DNA of 60,447 nt, counting the filler, from Sphacelaria rigidula (lineage: Eukaryota), in NCBI GenBank assembly GCA_964200075.2. It is 10 parts of 10 records of this genome, joined end to end, with 100 filler letters (N's around TTAATTAATTAA, not from the genome) between each part and the next. Parts side by side here need not be neighbours in the genome. Positions count along the whole stretch, not along the records: positions 1 to 5,955 come from CAXNAA020023238.1; positions 6,056 to 12,010 come from CAXNAA020023239.1; positions 12,111 to 18,065 come from CAXNAA020023240.1; 7 more parts are not named here. The stretch is one strand, 5' to 3'. Below the pieces are notes generated by a model, which was not told the DNA's origin, searched no databases, and saw only the letters and a program-made list of their open reading frames with translations. Of the stretch, positions 1 to 12,299 are shown in pieces. The position numbers and the translations under genes are program-made. Numbering within the stretch: position 1 is the stretch's first letter; each line of letters opens with the position of its first letter.

Positions 1-492
1 AGTGTGGGGAAAGCACTGTTTTAGGCTTGAGCCTCATCTCGAAGTTAAACCTCAATTCTCACAATTTGTTGTTGTATATTGTTATTGATGTTTTCAATCC
101 ATGCCACCCCGATAGTATTCTCTAGGTACTTCATACTCGACAACAATGTCAGTCCCAGTCCTGCGAACCCAACATGCTTTATGGTTCTATCCAGAACCCA
201 TCGTACTTCTTAATTCTGTCCATAGGAAACTTCTAGCCACGAGAAAGATTCCTCGGGTTGTCGGCTACGCCGATGTCTGCAAGTCTTCTTGGAGTTACGG
301 TGCTATGTGGAGCTCCGCGGTCAAGAGTGTCGCACCCAATACCATCATCACATTCTATCTGCTTCACTGGTTTCTGGGCTGTAATTTTCTCCAAGGCGAG
401 GTGCGAGGCTACTCCCTCGCCTCCCATCTCACTCCGGTGTTCATGTACACTTCACTATCAACTTCTCCCGAGCGCTGTCTGCGGAGAAACGA

Positions 493-773
493 GGGCTCAT
501 AAACCTCCGGCGGTTACCTATCGTGGACAATCCTCAACGAAGGGGCCGTCATATAGAGAGAACAGTAGTAGTGAAAAGAGACCTGCTGTTGTCACAGCAA
601 GCACTGCAGTCTACATACCTCTCTAAAAATATACAGCTATGTTTAACGAAGCGTTTTACACACATCACTCCTTAAGATACTCTACATAGCAGCGTGTACA
701 GGAGTAGTAGTACTATCGCAGCAGGACACACGACGCTATACCGTAAATGCCCCGTGGACATCACTCCTCCTCA
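493..773 (-). mobile_element. Possible degenerate Copia-type LTR with PBS-like and PPT-like flanks
   Basis: On the minus strand, purine tract TGAGGAGGAG (773-764) is followed by TGATGTCCACGG, then about 260 bp, then GGTTTATGAGCCC (505-493), which resembles the Copia GGTTATGGGCCC-type PBS. The LTR 3' terminus is not clean. Confidence 0.3.
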
Positions 774-2949
774 CTACATACAGTGTTGTGTACAGCAAGC
801 TGTGTACAGCAAGCAGCGTGTGCAATATGTGATATGTGGTGTGTTGAGAGGGGAGTGGAAGATCCGTGCCAACGGCATTGAGCGGGGTGCGGCCGCGGTT
901 GTTCGCAACGGTAAGATCTGTATCTTGGGGCCCTTTGCTGGGAGGGGGGAGTGATTCCTTCGGCCAAAGTGGCCGATGGAAGATCCGTGGTCACGACATT
1001 CTGCACGGACTGCATGGGTGTTTGCAGCGGTAAGATCTGTATTTTGGGGCCCTTTGCTGGGAGCAGGAAGCGATTGTTGCGTCGAAGATGGCCGATGGAA
1101 AGAGACTGATTTCCCGTCACATGTGGGTACAATTTCCAAAAACAAGGGTGCAATTGGGAGAAAAGTAGTCACAGCAGGGTACACCGTGGCCGTCTACCGC
1201 CGCCGCCGGGTGAAAATGGTCGTTGGCCAATCAGCTGCGCTCATTTCTCCTCCAAACAAAGAGGGTACGCAGGTTTGTCGCTAATACACCACGGTATACC
1301 CTACTATGACGTTTAACCTTCGTTTTTTTATCAGGGATTATTGGACAAAGTAACGTGACGGTACGACCGGCTGTGGATTTTACTTCAGTTTGTGTTCGGG
1401 CCAGTCTCGTTTTAGTCCGAATGAGCAAATACTGTGAGGAGTGGGCTGCTTTGGTTCTCTCTGTCCTGTGTATTTGTCGTGGTTTAGAAATAGGGTGGGC
1501 GATCCGCCTCGGACCTACGTGGTAGGCCCGAAGGTTGTGTATTGACGCCACCACGTTCCTTTTGACGTGTACGGACACCTGAGCTTACAAACTAATCGGT
1601 TGTTTTCGTATCGTCGTGTGAAAAAAAAATGCTGTACGGCTGGATTATCAACCAGAGGTCCCAAGCAAGTCGCTGCTCTCACAAACATGTACCAACACTT
1701 AACTCACGCCAAACGGGTCGATTTGTCCGTGTCGTGCTCTTTGTTTTTTTTTAACAACGTATGGTTTTCGCGGGAAACTACCATTTCCGCGATGAAATCG
1801 GCTGTACGTTGTTAGCTTTTGCTGATTGACATGGTTATCGAAGTGATATAATGCCTTGGCAGGCTTGCTTGTTTTTTTACCAATGACCTAAACCAAATGG
1901 ACGTCCGAAAAAGAGTAAACTATTATATTCATGACACAATTATGGCAGAGTAGGATGATCGTTTCAATGATAGGTCTCTGACTTCCTGGCTATCCCGGAA
2001 ATGCTCACGGCATTCTGAAGACACTGCATTTTGTGGTCTATGGTTTTGATTGTTGAGTTCGGGTTTTTTATTTTGGATTTCCCATGACTCCGTCCGAAAG
2101 GCTCACGGAACATGAGGACACTGAACTATTGTATCGGTGCGAGTTTTTTTCTTTGCTTTGTGCTTGTGTTTGTATTTGATCGATTTTTTTGTGTTGATCG
2201 CCACTTCCCTTTCCCCGTACCAACGGAGACTCGAATTTCAAATGGAGTCTCAGTTTTCTGTGGTGTGGGAGAGGTGTGGCTCGATGCAAGTTCGTCCCTT
2301 CTGAAAAGGGACTGCACTTGAACGATCCAGGGTGGGCTGATGTGATGGTAAATGACCAAGTGCGTGAAATAAACTAGTTTCTTGGGAATTGCTGATGGTT
2401 CTCAGAAACGACCGGCGGGTATGAACCAAGATTCCAGTCGAATGTGTGCTTGTGTATGATAAGAATTGCATTGTTGAGCGATGATCCAGCCCCGTGAGTC
2501 GGATGAGGATTGTATCCGAAGAGTCGCGTGTACCTGCTGTTACTACAGCTTTGATTGGCTAAAGGTACAGCGCGTCACGCTGATTTGTATAGATATGACA
2601 AGATTGTATGCGAGGCAGGGAAGTAGCGAGCAGCACCCACCGTCGCCCACGAGGTCACTCGACCTCCCCGACCAGCCTACAGGCACCTATTGGATAAAGA
2701 AGACCTTTTTACCCATCACCTACCACCTTGGTCTCTCCGCCTCCACGGTTGCGAGCCCACAGCCTTGACGTGAGTCTTCAAGCTGTGCTGTACGATTACC
2801 CTCATCCCCAATTGTCACCTGTATTCTGCTTGGGGCTGTGTGATTTCCCCAAACAGCTGGTTGATTGAAAGAGAAAGAACCCTCAGTTTGATGACACGAG
2901 TTGATCACAGGACGGGCTTGTCAACTCCCCCCTCTGGAGGGGTGCGACT

Positions 2950-3650
2950 TGCCCTGCTAGCCGAATACCACGGCAAAACCAAGACGAAATACTGCCCATA
3001 GGTGAAGACGCGGGGTACAAGGCGAAAGTAAGAGATATGATAGAAATAGGGGGAATAGAGGTGCTCAGACGCAAAGTAGACGAGGAAGAACACCTGGAGA
3101 TATATGGGTGGTTGAGAGAGGGGATCGGAATAAAAGTATATTTGCATGGCCCAATGGACGCTGCGAATATGAAACTGCGATTCCGGGTGGAGGACCTAGA
3201 CCTGCCAGAAAGAAGAAAGATATATACCAGCAGTCGGAAGGAGGGGGAAGTAGATGAACAGAACTACCTCTATGTGTGGAGAAGGAATGGAGAACACAAG
3301 TCATACAGTGGCACAATGTGAACTATACATCGAGAAACGGGACGTGCTAGAGGGGGTTCTGCGGGACGTGAACGAAGGTGGCATGAAATCGTTTGATGCA
3401 TGAGACAGTAGGGAGAAAACGATGGCTATCCTAGAAGATTGTACTAGGAGATAGGTGGTGGTCAGAGATGGCGAAAGAGGACGGGGATAAGATATATGTA
3501 AAATGTTTTTGTGTCATGTATGGAAGAAACGGGATGAGTGCCGGGATATTGGCGGTGTCTCTAGCAGGAGGAGGAACGGTGCTCCGTCTCGAAAAGGATG
3601 CGTGGTCAATGGTCAAACGACTAAGGCAAGCAACAGATGAGTACGCCCCC
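2950..3650 (+). mobile_element. LINE (non-LTR retrotransposon) 3' fragment: degenerate ORF2 C-terminus plus 3' tail
   Basis: ORF 3037-3321 (HLEIYGWLREGIGIKVYLHGPMDAANMKLRFRVEDLDLPERRKIY) and a frameshifted continuation end in the tail ...GTCAAACGACTAAGGCAAGCAACAGATGAGTACGCCCCC. This tail recurs in 5'-truncated form at four other sites in the window. Confidence 0.7.
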
Positions 3651-5054
3651 TACCGTAGCATCCGTCAGGAACTGCGTCGACCATTTGAAATAATTGCCAG
3701 ATACATGCAACGGATGTTTCCCATTGTTTGCTGTCCGGCCGGATCGTAGATATCCAGACGATGTATTCCCACGGCACTCTAAATTTAGGACCTCGATGTG
3801 GTGCCAGGCTCCCCTTCACCTACAGCCAACACCTACCATGGTTGCTTCCACAGCCTGACATTGGCGCGCTCCGCTGCATCCCTCGCTGCCGCCGTCGATG
3901 ATGGTGACACAAGACGAGCTCGCGGATTATATTCTGCGCGAGAGCAACGGTACGGCTGCCAAGCTGCGACGGGAGTGGCCTAAACCCAATTCGGTGGAGG
4001 ACCAAGAGAACGTCTGTCAGATGCTGCATTGCAAATATTATTTCGCAGACGAAACATCGTACTTGGCTCGTGCATTGATAGCTGTGCAAGCCCTCATCAG
4101 CAAGTAGTGTGTAGCTCGCAAAGATCGCATCGCCGTTGTTGCGGACCATGTGCCCGTCGTGAAATTACAACAAGGCAAAGGCTCCGTGCTCGCGGGCGGA
4201 ACGCCAGTCTGCACTTATTTCTTCAAGGTATCGTTCGGCGTTTCAAACAATGTGATCGACGCGGCAAAAGGAACGCTGGGAGTAACGGCAAGTACTAGAA
4301 CGTGATAAGTGAGTACGGTCTATGAATGCTGTCTGTGTCCGCCGTCGGGTTTCTGGGATCCAGACGGGGCAACATTTGACTGCGTGCCACGACGCAGAGC
4401 CGCAGGTTGTAATTTCGTTGTTTCCGAGGTCAAAATTCGGGTTTATTTGTGGAGCCTAGATTTGTGTGAAACCGTTCCGAAGCAGGAAAACCCCAACCTG
4501 AAATCCCCCCATCTAGGTCATGTTCGGGGCGATGAATCAATCTTCTCGATCTGAGTTTTGACTATCTTTGACGCATTCAAGATGTTCAGCTGCCATCAAA
4601 ACGCGGCCTAATTTCCACGGACATCAGTGTCCGATTGTTTCGTTTCGCTCCGTCCTGTCTTTTGAAAGTAGGTGCCATTGGGCAAGAGTGGGCAGAAAGG
4701 ATTTTCCGAAACACACCACACCAGCCCCATGTAGGCGTTTGCCCTTTTTGCGTTGCTTGTTTCAATTGAGTATTGTCATTTTTTAACCTAAATCTTAATT
4801 TTGCAAATGATGAATCACTCAATGCATTTTATTTCGGCGAATTATGCGCGCATTATGCGTCTTCTTTCGCGTCCTCGGTGCGGCTGTTTCCCTCATTATG
4901 CACGTTCTCGCAAGAGGACAAGACGACACGTTGAGCGTTTGTAGCTTTGATGTTCGTATGGGTGTTTTGAAGAAGGACTCGCTCATATAGTCATGAATCA
5001 TTGCTGAGTGAAGAGGAGAACCCGGATAATTGAAATCTTCGTATCTACCTGCCG

Positions 5055-5407
5055 GTCGCCCCGGTGGCTCAGTTGGTAACCTCGTTACCTTCTCATGGTT
5101 GTGTCGGAGGGTTTGATTCCCGGAGCGATCTGGAATCTTTTCTCACACCATGACCAACAGTGGAGAGCGACTATGTCGTGGGCACACGAAAATTCGACTA
5201 AACTGTTGGCGAGGGAAGGAACTGCTGAACCCCTCTCGCGTTAAAAAATAAAGGCGAGCACCGCAGAAGGAAGGTGGAATACTGAAAACAAATACAAAAG
5301 AAAAAGCTCCTGTGTTGACCTTCCTCCTGTGTGACCCCGGTTGATGCACCCACATATACCGAAAGGTGTAGGCTGGTGCCCAGAATAAACGGGACGACAA
5401 CACACAC
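5055..5407 (+). mobile_element. tRNA-derived SINE, family 1 (full-length copy)
   Basis: A-box TGGCTCAGTTGG (5065-5076), B-box GGTTTGATTCC (5110-5120) and a (CA)n tail. The body is homologous to 49156-49541 (-), 27333-27520 (+) and 54322-54393 (+). Confidence 0.8.
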
Positions 5408-5854
5408 CAACTCTTCGAATTATAGTTCCACTTCTTCAACTACTGGTAGCTATTGACAACTACTACAAGACATACAAAATTTGGATCCTGATAACCGACA
5501 TGTTCGGGTCCTACTGGAAGAAACAAATTCGGGGAATTGAGACGATCCGATCAGATCGCCGAAATTCCCAAACTTGTATTTGCACTCGGGACCCTAACAT
5601 TTCGGTTATCGAAATCCAAAGCTACCAGCCGGTGGAAAAATGGAAGCATATTTCGAAGTTTGGTGTGGATGTGAAGATTCAAATTCTCCGGGTTTCTCAT
5701 CCCCAATCAAATATCCATTCCAAATATAACAAACAGCCGATCCTAATTTTTGGGGTTGGGACATAAAGTGAGGTTCAAGTCCCATTTCTCCATTGCAGGG
5801 AAGATACGAAAGAGTAACACAGAGCGAAAGTATCTTCCCCCCTCCCGAACTCCG

Positions 5855-5893
5855 AAATGGTAAAATGACTAAGGCAAGCAACAAATGAGTACG
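5855..5893 (+). mobile_element. 39-nt extreme 3' LINE tail insertion with a 15-bp target-site duplication
   Basis: Tail AAATGGTAAAATGACTAAGGCAAGCAACAAATGAGTACG is flanked by the exact direct repeat CCCTCCCGAACTCCG at 5840-5854 and 5894-5908. Confidence 0.85.
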
Positions 5894-5955
5894 CCCTCCC
5901 GAACTCCGCGGGAGACCGCGAGAGTAGGTCACCTGCTGAATCGGCATAAATATTC

Positions 5956-6055
5956 NNNNNNNNNNNNNNNNNNNNNNNNNNNNNNNNNNNNNNNNNNNNT
6001 TAATTAATTAANNNNNNNNNNNNNNNNNNNNNNNNNNNNNNNNNNNNNNNNNNNN
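5956..6055. other. Artificial contig-joining linker N44-TTAATTAATTAA-N44 (first of nine; others at 12011-12110, 18066-18165, 24121-24220, 30176-30275, 36231-36330, 42286-42385, 48340-48439, 54394-54493)
   Basis: Identical 100-nt N spacer with a six-frame stop cassette. Intervening segments are 5955 bp (x7) then 5954 bp (x3), consistent with length-sorted contigs. Separate 10-N scaffold gaps lie at 29492-29501 and 41981-41990. Confidence 0.99.
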
Positions 6056-6295
6056 ACATGATGAAACGTTACATTCGAACGTTACGCGTGTCAACGTAAC
6101 ATTATATTAGAGGTTCCACGTGACATTGAAACGTTTCATGTTACGTTACATGTAACGAAGCGTTACATTGATTTTCCATATGAAACGTTAACGTAACGTT
6201 CAGATTTATTTAACGTGACATACTCAACGTAACGTGAACGGTAAAATATTTCTTACGTGATGAACGTAACGTGAACGTGAACGTGTAACGTGTAG
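6056..6295. repeat. Degenerate AACGT/ACGTTAC-based short-period repeat
   Basis: Dense reiteration of AACGTTAC/GTAACGTG motifs at the contig start. Confidence 0.75.
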
Positions 6296-7394
6296 ACCCC
6301 TGCAAAAAAAAATCATTTCGGAACAGAATTGGGGCTCTTTTCATCCCCTCGCGCACTGCTGCAACGCTCAACCCCAGATCAAGACGCATGGACATGTTAA
6401 TTGTGGTCTACATGAGATGTTAACGAAGTTTCAGCGCATAGCAGCGACGACAGCGCGCGCACGACCATGCCTCCTGCTCTGAGCATCTCTACAGTCAATA
6501 CAAGCTGGGCCAGCCTAGAAACGGAGTCAAGCTCTCAGAGCCACATCTCATCGACACAGACGACTTGGGCCGTAATCCGCATATTGCATCGATTGTCCGA
6601 TCAAGGGGAAGTTGCACATCTGCTCAAAAGTCTGGACCAATATTTTCTCGTTGATTTAACCCCATGTCTATGATAGTAATCCCTATACCATACGGAGATG
6701 GTGTCTATATGAAACCCCGATCGATGCACTCAGCGAATGACGACGAATTTTGGTGTGGACATTCCCTGGGGCACGGGGAGACGGTATATACCTTCACCTT
6801 CACTTAATTCGTTATCCATCTCGAGATATGGCGCACATGAGGTTCTATATTAAAACCAATGTATTAAGAGCAGGGGAGGGGCACTAGATGAACAAAATCT
6901 GGATATCGCGTCTCAGTTTTCAAGAGCTGTGCTATAAAATTTCGTATGGAGAACCGCTAGTGCCATAATAAAGCTAAAAAAACACTTTTCCCCCCCCGTT
7001 TTTTTCGTTCTTCTAAATTATTTTCTCCCGGTTGTTAGGGCAGTGTTGAGGAGAAATGAACACTGCTCTTCGGCCTCATCTCAATTTCCTAGCTCAATTT
7101 TAGAATTGTGGTTCGAAACTCTGCATGAAGAACCACGAAGGTGTGCCGAAAAGAATGGGCTCTCAATTTTTTTCCATAGGGGTCAGTGCATTCTCGTGAA
7201 AAAATGGTCTCCACAATACTAGGACGCCCTGAACCAATGAAAAAGACAAGAAAAATCAACCTAACCCACTTTGTTCTAATAATTGTGCTCTAGGGAGGGC
7301 CCACACAAAATTTCAATACACGAACACCAAACGTGGGCAGGTGAGTGACCTGCGGAATACTTTTCCGAATTTTTACCGACCCTGTTTTTGAAAC

Positions 7395-7655
7395 GCTCAT
7401 TTGCCGTCCAATATTCAGGGTTGGAGCGTAAAATTGGTATGGAAAATGCATAGGGAACAAGAAAAAAAATTACTAGTGCATCAAAACTTTTTTCCAGATT
7501 ATTGAAGGGCGATAATCCGATTTCAGGTATCAGTAAGTGCTCGAAACTCATGAAGAGAAGAAAATTTGGGTGCACTCGTAAATTTTTTTAATGCCCTTTT
7601 CATTGTCCATACCAAATTTTAGGGTCCAATTCCAAATATTGGCCGACGAACGGGG
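7395..7655. repeat. Diverged inverted repeat (about 100-bp arms), MITE-like
   Basis: GTCCAATATTCAGGGTTGGAGCGTAAAATTGGTATGGAAAATG...AAAAATTACTAGTGCATCAAAACTTT is mirrored by AAAATTTGGGTGCACTCGTAAATTTTT...CATTGTCCATACCAAATTTTAGGGTCCAATTCCAAATATTGGCC. Confidence 0.6.
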
Positions 7656-8332
7656 CTGCAGACCATAAATTCGCTTCTAGGCTGGACCAGCTCGTACCGG
7701 AATGACTTCGCTACATATTCTCATTATCCAGAGACGGCGCCAGAACAGATCTATGTTCGTTTCCGAGCAGTGTAGCCTCCCAGGTGGTCATGATGCGGAT
7801 GTGAGTGCGGTATCATGTCCACATAAGCATTTACTCACGGTGCACAGAATCTCGGCCGCGAGATGGCAGTTTTGAGGGCATACAGACGGAAGTGCTCAAA
7901 ATCGGAACTTAATTTCTTTGATTTGCTCGGGGAAAGAAAGGGGCTGTGCTCCGTACATACACTGGCTGTGGTATGCCCGACTGGTGCACCAAGTCTCACG
8001 TTGGTGCCTGCCGCGGCGGGCGATAGATAACTCCACAACCAAAAATGAAGAGCAAAAGTCGAAAATGGCACCGGTCAACCGTCGGAAGATACACCAGCTG
8101 CAGTTACGCCACATAATCCTCGTACCGAACGAAACTGGCGTAACCGCTGCGCCCCTGCGGCAGTACAGGAGAGATGGGGACAAGTGCACAACCATACATC
8201 CCGGCACTGTGGTTTGGGTTCGCCACATCGCCCCGCCAAACGAGATGCCTTGAATCATGTGGGCGTCGAGAAGGCATCTAGTGTTGTGTTCCGAGTGCGC
8301 GCCGTATTGGACTGCAGGCGTATGCACGATTG

Positions 8333-8537
8333 CAAGGGTAGGTCGAGTAAAGTATACTCAATTGCGGGGTATTTTGAAAGACGTACTGGTGATACTCAAA
8401 TTAGGGTGGAGTGTTGGGAGTCGTACCCAAAATATAACTGGAATGCGATCCCTAGAACCCTACCCCCAATTTATGTACTTCAAGTTCGACTCTAAAAATA
8501 CCCCGCAATCGAGTATACTCTACTCGACCTGCCCTTG
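8333..8537. mobile_element. hAT-type MITE (205 bp)
   Basis: TIRs of about 43 bp (CAAGGGTAGGTCGAGTAAAGTATACTCAATTGCGGGGTATTTT / AAAATACCCCGCAATCGAGTATACTCTACTCGACCTGCCCTTG) and an 8-bp TSD CACGATTG/CACAATTG. Confidence 0.85.
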
Positions 8538-11019
8538 CACAATTGCACCGCAATGCACAGTACAACAGTAGCTTTGTACAGTCACACATGAGAAAAAGGG
8601 GGTGCAGTACATAGAATTTCGCTTTTTATGCGCGCATATGATTTCGCATAAAACGGGGTTTTACGCATAAGCATATGCTTTTTTTTAATCATATGTTTTG
8701 AGAGATTTCATAATAACGAAGGCATAAAAGCTGAGTTTTACGCATAACTTGGCACACACAGTACTCCAACGGGATTATGCACCCCATGTCTGGCAGCTAG
8801 TAGCTGCCCACGTACTCCATGTGGCGTGGTTCGTGGAGTCGTGGCGTTTGTGTTCGTAATTTCTTTCCTTGAACTTTGTTGCGGGTCTGATATCAGTTAT
8901 GGTGCTGTATGTGAGCTACTTCATGTTTTTGTGAAACTGATGGGAAAAAAAAAATGTGTCCTATTTCACATCAAACAGCGGCTCCCGCCCCAACATCGCA
9001 CACCAAACAGTGCACAGTGAACGGAAAGTACAGCAGTGAGCACTACACTACTATAGCAGAAAGAGGTCGAGGTGACCGAGATGCGGACTTCCGCGCCCCA
9101 TCAACGCAACGCGAAGGAGACCGCTGGGGGGCAGAGGGCGGGAGAAAAAGCACGGAACTTCTTTTTTCAATTTCAAGTTTTATTATCGCCTTCAAGATCA
9201 ATGAACGGAGAAACAACGAGCGAGCATTTCTTCCAAGCAATCATGAAATCTCAAAATGTTCAACGGGCCGTCTTGTTTACTTGCTGGAAGGTACGTTCCA
9301 TGGGCGGTGCCGCCGGGAACTCGCCAGGAACCGCCTCAACAAGGACGCGAAAAAGGCGCATGAGTCGCGCATATTTAACCAACCTACGCATAAATCGGCG
9401 CATAATGTTCACTTTTGAAGATGAAAAAATGGGAAAATGCACATGGAAAGCAAAAGCCTAACCGTGGTCGCCACCTATCGGCGTTGCATTGTGCACGAGA
9501 TGCACCAAGGAAGAGCAAAACCATTCAGACAACTCAGCGCCGGAATTTATCGCTTTTTGAGCCAGATATCCACACCGACGATCTCGCCTTGAGCAAAGCT
9601 TGCCATTGATGCCACACGCTGGGCCGGTACTCTCGTGTCAGGCCCGCCGCTCGTGTGAATTGTGTCTACTTCACGACTTTTGCCGACCGAATGCTTGTCA
9701 ATTGGTTTTTCTATGCGGGCATTATGGTATTGGACTGTTTTTTTTTTCAATTTTCGCGCAAGACTGAATCTTGATGCCGATTCAGCAGGTGACCTACCCT
9801 CACGGTCAAGGGGTTAAAAAGGTCTAGAGTCCGGCCAGAAGCAAAACTGGGCGCACGAAAGTTTGGGAAGGTGAGCTAGAACCCTGTTGGAAAGCATCGC
9901 AAATCTTTTTAGAGGAGGCCCAATCCGCGAAGGCCTGTATTCCGCCCAAAACCTGCAATGAAAGGCTCAAAAAGGGCATTCCTCCGAGAGCCCGTTCCCC
10001 GACTATCAGGGGTGACCCCAGTATTCGCTCTCTCTCATTCTCAGGGGCATGGATGATGACAATAGGATCCAAGAAACGATTATCACCCACTAACAATGAA
10101 GTGGAAAAGAACCGCCGGCCTCACGTGAGACGCAAGTCCTAGCTTGCACGACGAGTGGCCACTGTATTGCCAAACAGTTTACAATAACGTGGAAGGCTTC
10201 ACATCCGGACCACAGCAAGTACCATGATGCTTCTGGGTGATGTATGGCCCGGCTTCAGGAAACAGTCAAGTACAGTGCAGCAGACTGGAGTCAAGTCTGC
10301 CCCGGGTTTGACTGTCGGGTTTGTGCGGCTGTCGGTGTCGGCGGATTGCGCACTCATTATATATTGATTTGGACCTGTTTCGTTTGTGCAACGCCCTCTG
10401 CAGAGCATTGGTAAAGGTTAGCCGATACAGCAACCCGCGCGCACTGCTTGATACATATTACCCCAACGGTTATATAAGCCCATGTGTACTCACACCAACG
10501 TTTCTGTATGGCTGCACACGATCGACAAGAGCTGACTTGCAACAGGCAGTACGGAACCTTCTTGACCAGAATGTTGTTCTCGGCCCCCTCCTTCTCCTGC
10601 CCCCGCCGCCCCACCGAGAGTTTCATTGTCGCCTCCTCCTGAACCACCCAAGAAGTCGCTAAGCCCCTTCCCGCTGAACATCGCGCCCAAGGATGCAACA
10701 CAGCCTCCTGTGACGTAAATTCGGTCACCACAGCACTACAAGAGACGCCTTCACCCTCTTGCCCTAGAATATGATCATATATTATGATGCAAATGAAAGA
10801 TAATAAACTATATTTAGGGTTTCAGGCGCAGAAGATGGTGCTGGGAGTAAGGTGACGATATCCAAGCGAGGGTGGCCTCGCCTGGAGCACGCGCCGACGC
10901 GCCTGTCGTCGAGTGTGGCCATCGAGGAAAACATGTCACAATAGTACTCATATATTTCAGGCTCAATGTAAATAGTATAGAGACATGGTCATGCACGAAG
11001 ATATTTTGGCAGCACGAGT

Positions 11020-11353
11020 CGGCCCGCAAGGCGCCGGCGCCCCGCCCGGCCGTGTACGAAGGAACAGGCACACGTCACCGTGCAGTACTGTAGGAGTAGC
11101 CTGATACGGGACTTGTACCACCGTGCTGTATGTCTCATACGCAAGGTGCGTGGCTCAATGTACAATATGTGCGTCGAACACAACTCCGATTTTTTTACAA
11201 CTGCAGAACGGCAATAGCACGGCTCGGCCCGGAAGGCGCCGGCGGCCCACCAAGCCGTGCGCCCCGGGAACAGGCAGGACGCCACCGTGCAGTAATGTAG
11301 GAGTAGCCTGATACGGGACTTGTACCACCATGCTGTATGTTGCATACACAAGG
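11020..11353. repeat. Two diverged direct repeats (about 130 bp homology, about 206-bp period)
   Basis: Shared core CACCGTGCAGTA(C/A)TGTAGGAGTAGCCTGATACGGGACTTGTACCACC(G/A)TGCTGTATGT near 11076 and 11283. Confidence 0.85.
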
Positions 11354-12299
11354 AGTATGCCTCGGTACACAACGGGTGCGCTGCACAGAATGCCGGTCGC
11401 AACAAGAGATAGGATTAGGATTACCATGTATATATATATATATATATATACATATATGAGGGTATGTACATATCCCAAGGGGTGCCACCAACTACACCCC
11501 AAGAGCCGTGGCCCCCCAAGCAACTAGATTTCAGTACGGTACGCTAGTCGGGAAAACGAAAATCCTCATTTTTTTCATGGCGATTCATCTCGTGGTCGCA
11601 CTGGAGTGGATGAGAGGGGCGGGGGGCTGTGGTTATGGGGCCTCTTTTATATCCCGATATCTTCCTAGAGTTCCACCCTGCCTGCTGTTGTTCTGCGTGG
11701 TACTACTTTCAGATATACATCGTAGTATATATATACTTTTGGGTATAATGCTATTTCCAAGTCGCGACTTGGAAATAGCTTATGTCCAGTCGCGACGTGA
11801 AAATAGTCATGTCCACCACCAGCTGCGATTTGACTGCCTGCCCTCGTTCGTCCCATGTGCCTTGCATCGACACCACAACACCTGCAATACACTCACATCG
11901 TCCGTAGCCATCGTTCAAGCCATCGCACGGTCAAATCGGCCTCGTAGCGAGCGAGAAACGCGTCTGCTGCACAGTGCCAAAAAAAGACCGCCGCCCGGCT
12001 GGTGGGAGGCNNNNNNNNNNNNNNNNNNNNNNNNNNNNNNNNNNNNNNNNNNNNTTAATTAATTAANNNNNNNNNNNNNNNNNNNNNNNNNNNNNNNNNN
12101 NNNNNNNNNNATTCACTGATTGACCGCTTTTCACTCTCAATCGTATCATCTACTCTCAATCTCACGAAAACACTGTTATTTGACGGAGGGGGGAATAATC
12201 TTTCGTTCCAGTCTGATCTTGAGATATCTGCACTCTCAAACGTCAAAATAGCGTTTCCCGAAACTCTCCATCTATATACATATATGCCCCACGGTCGGT

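Noticed and set aside
5055..5125. tRNA gene candidates (also 14209-14285, 28790-28870, 40370-40439, 49470-49541, 54545-54610)
   Set aside because: A and/or B boxes are present but I could not fold a convincing cloverleaf, and each continues into a multi-copy repeat body, so these are SINE heads or relics.
10490..10731. Gly-rich minus-strand segment after a possible acceptor (cacag|GAGG)
   Set aside because: It could be an exon, but it has no recognisable motif or phase-matched partner exon.
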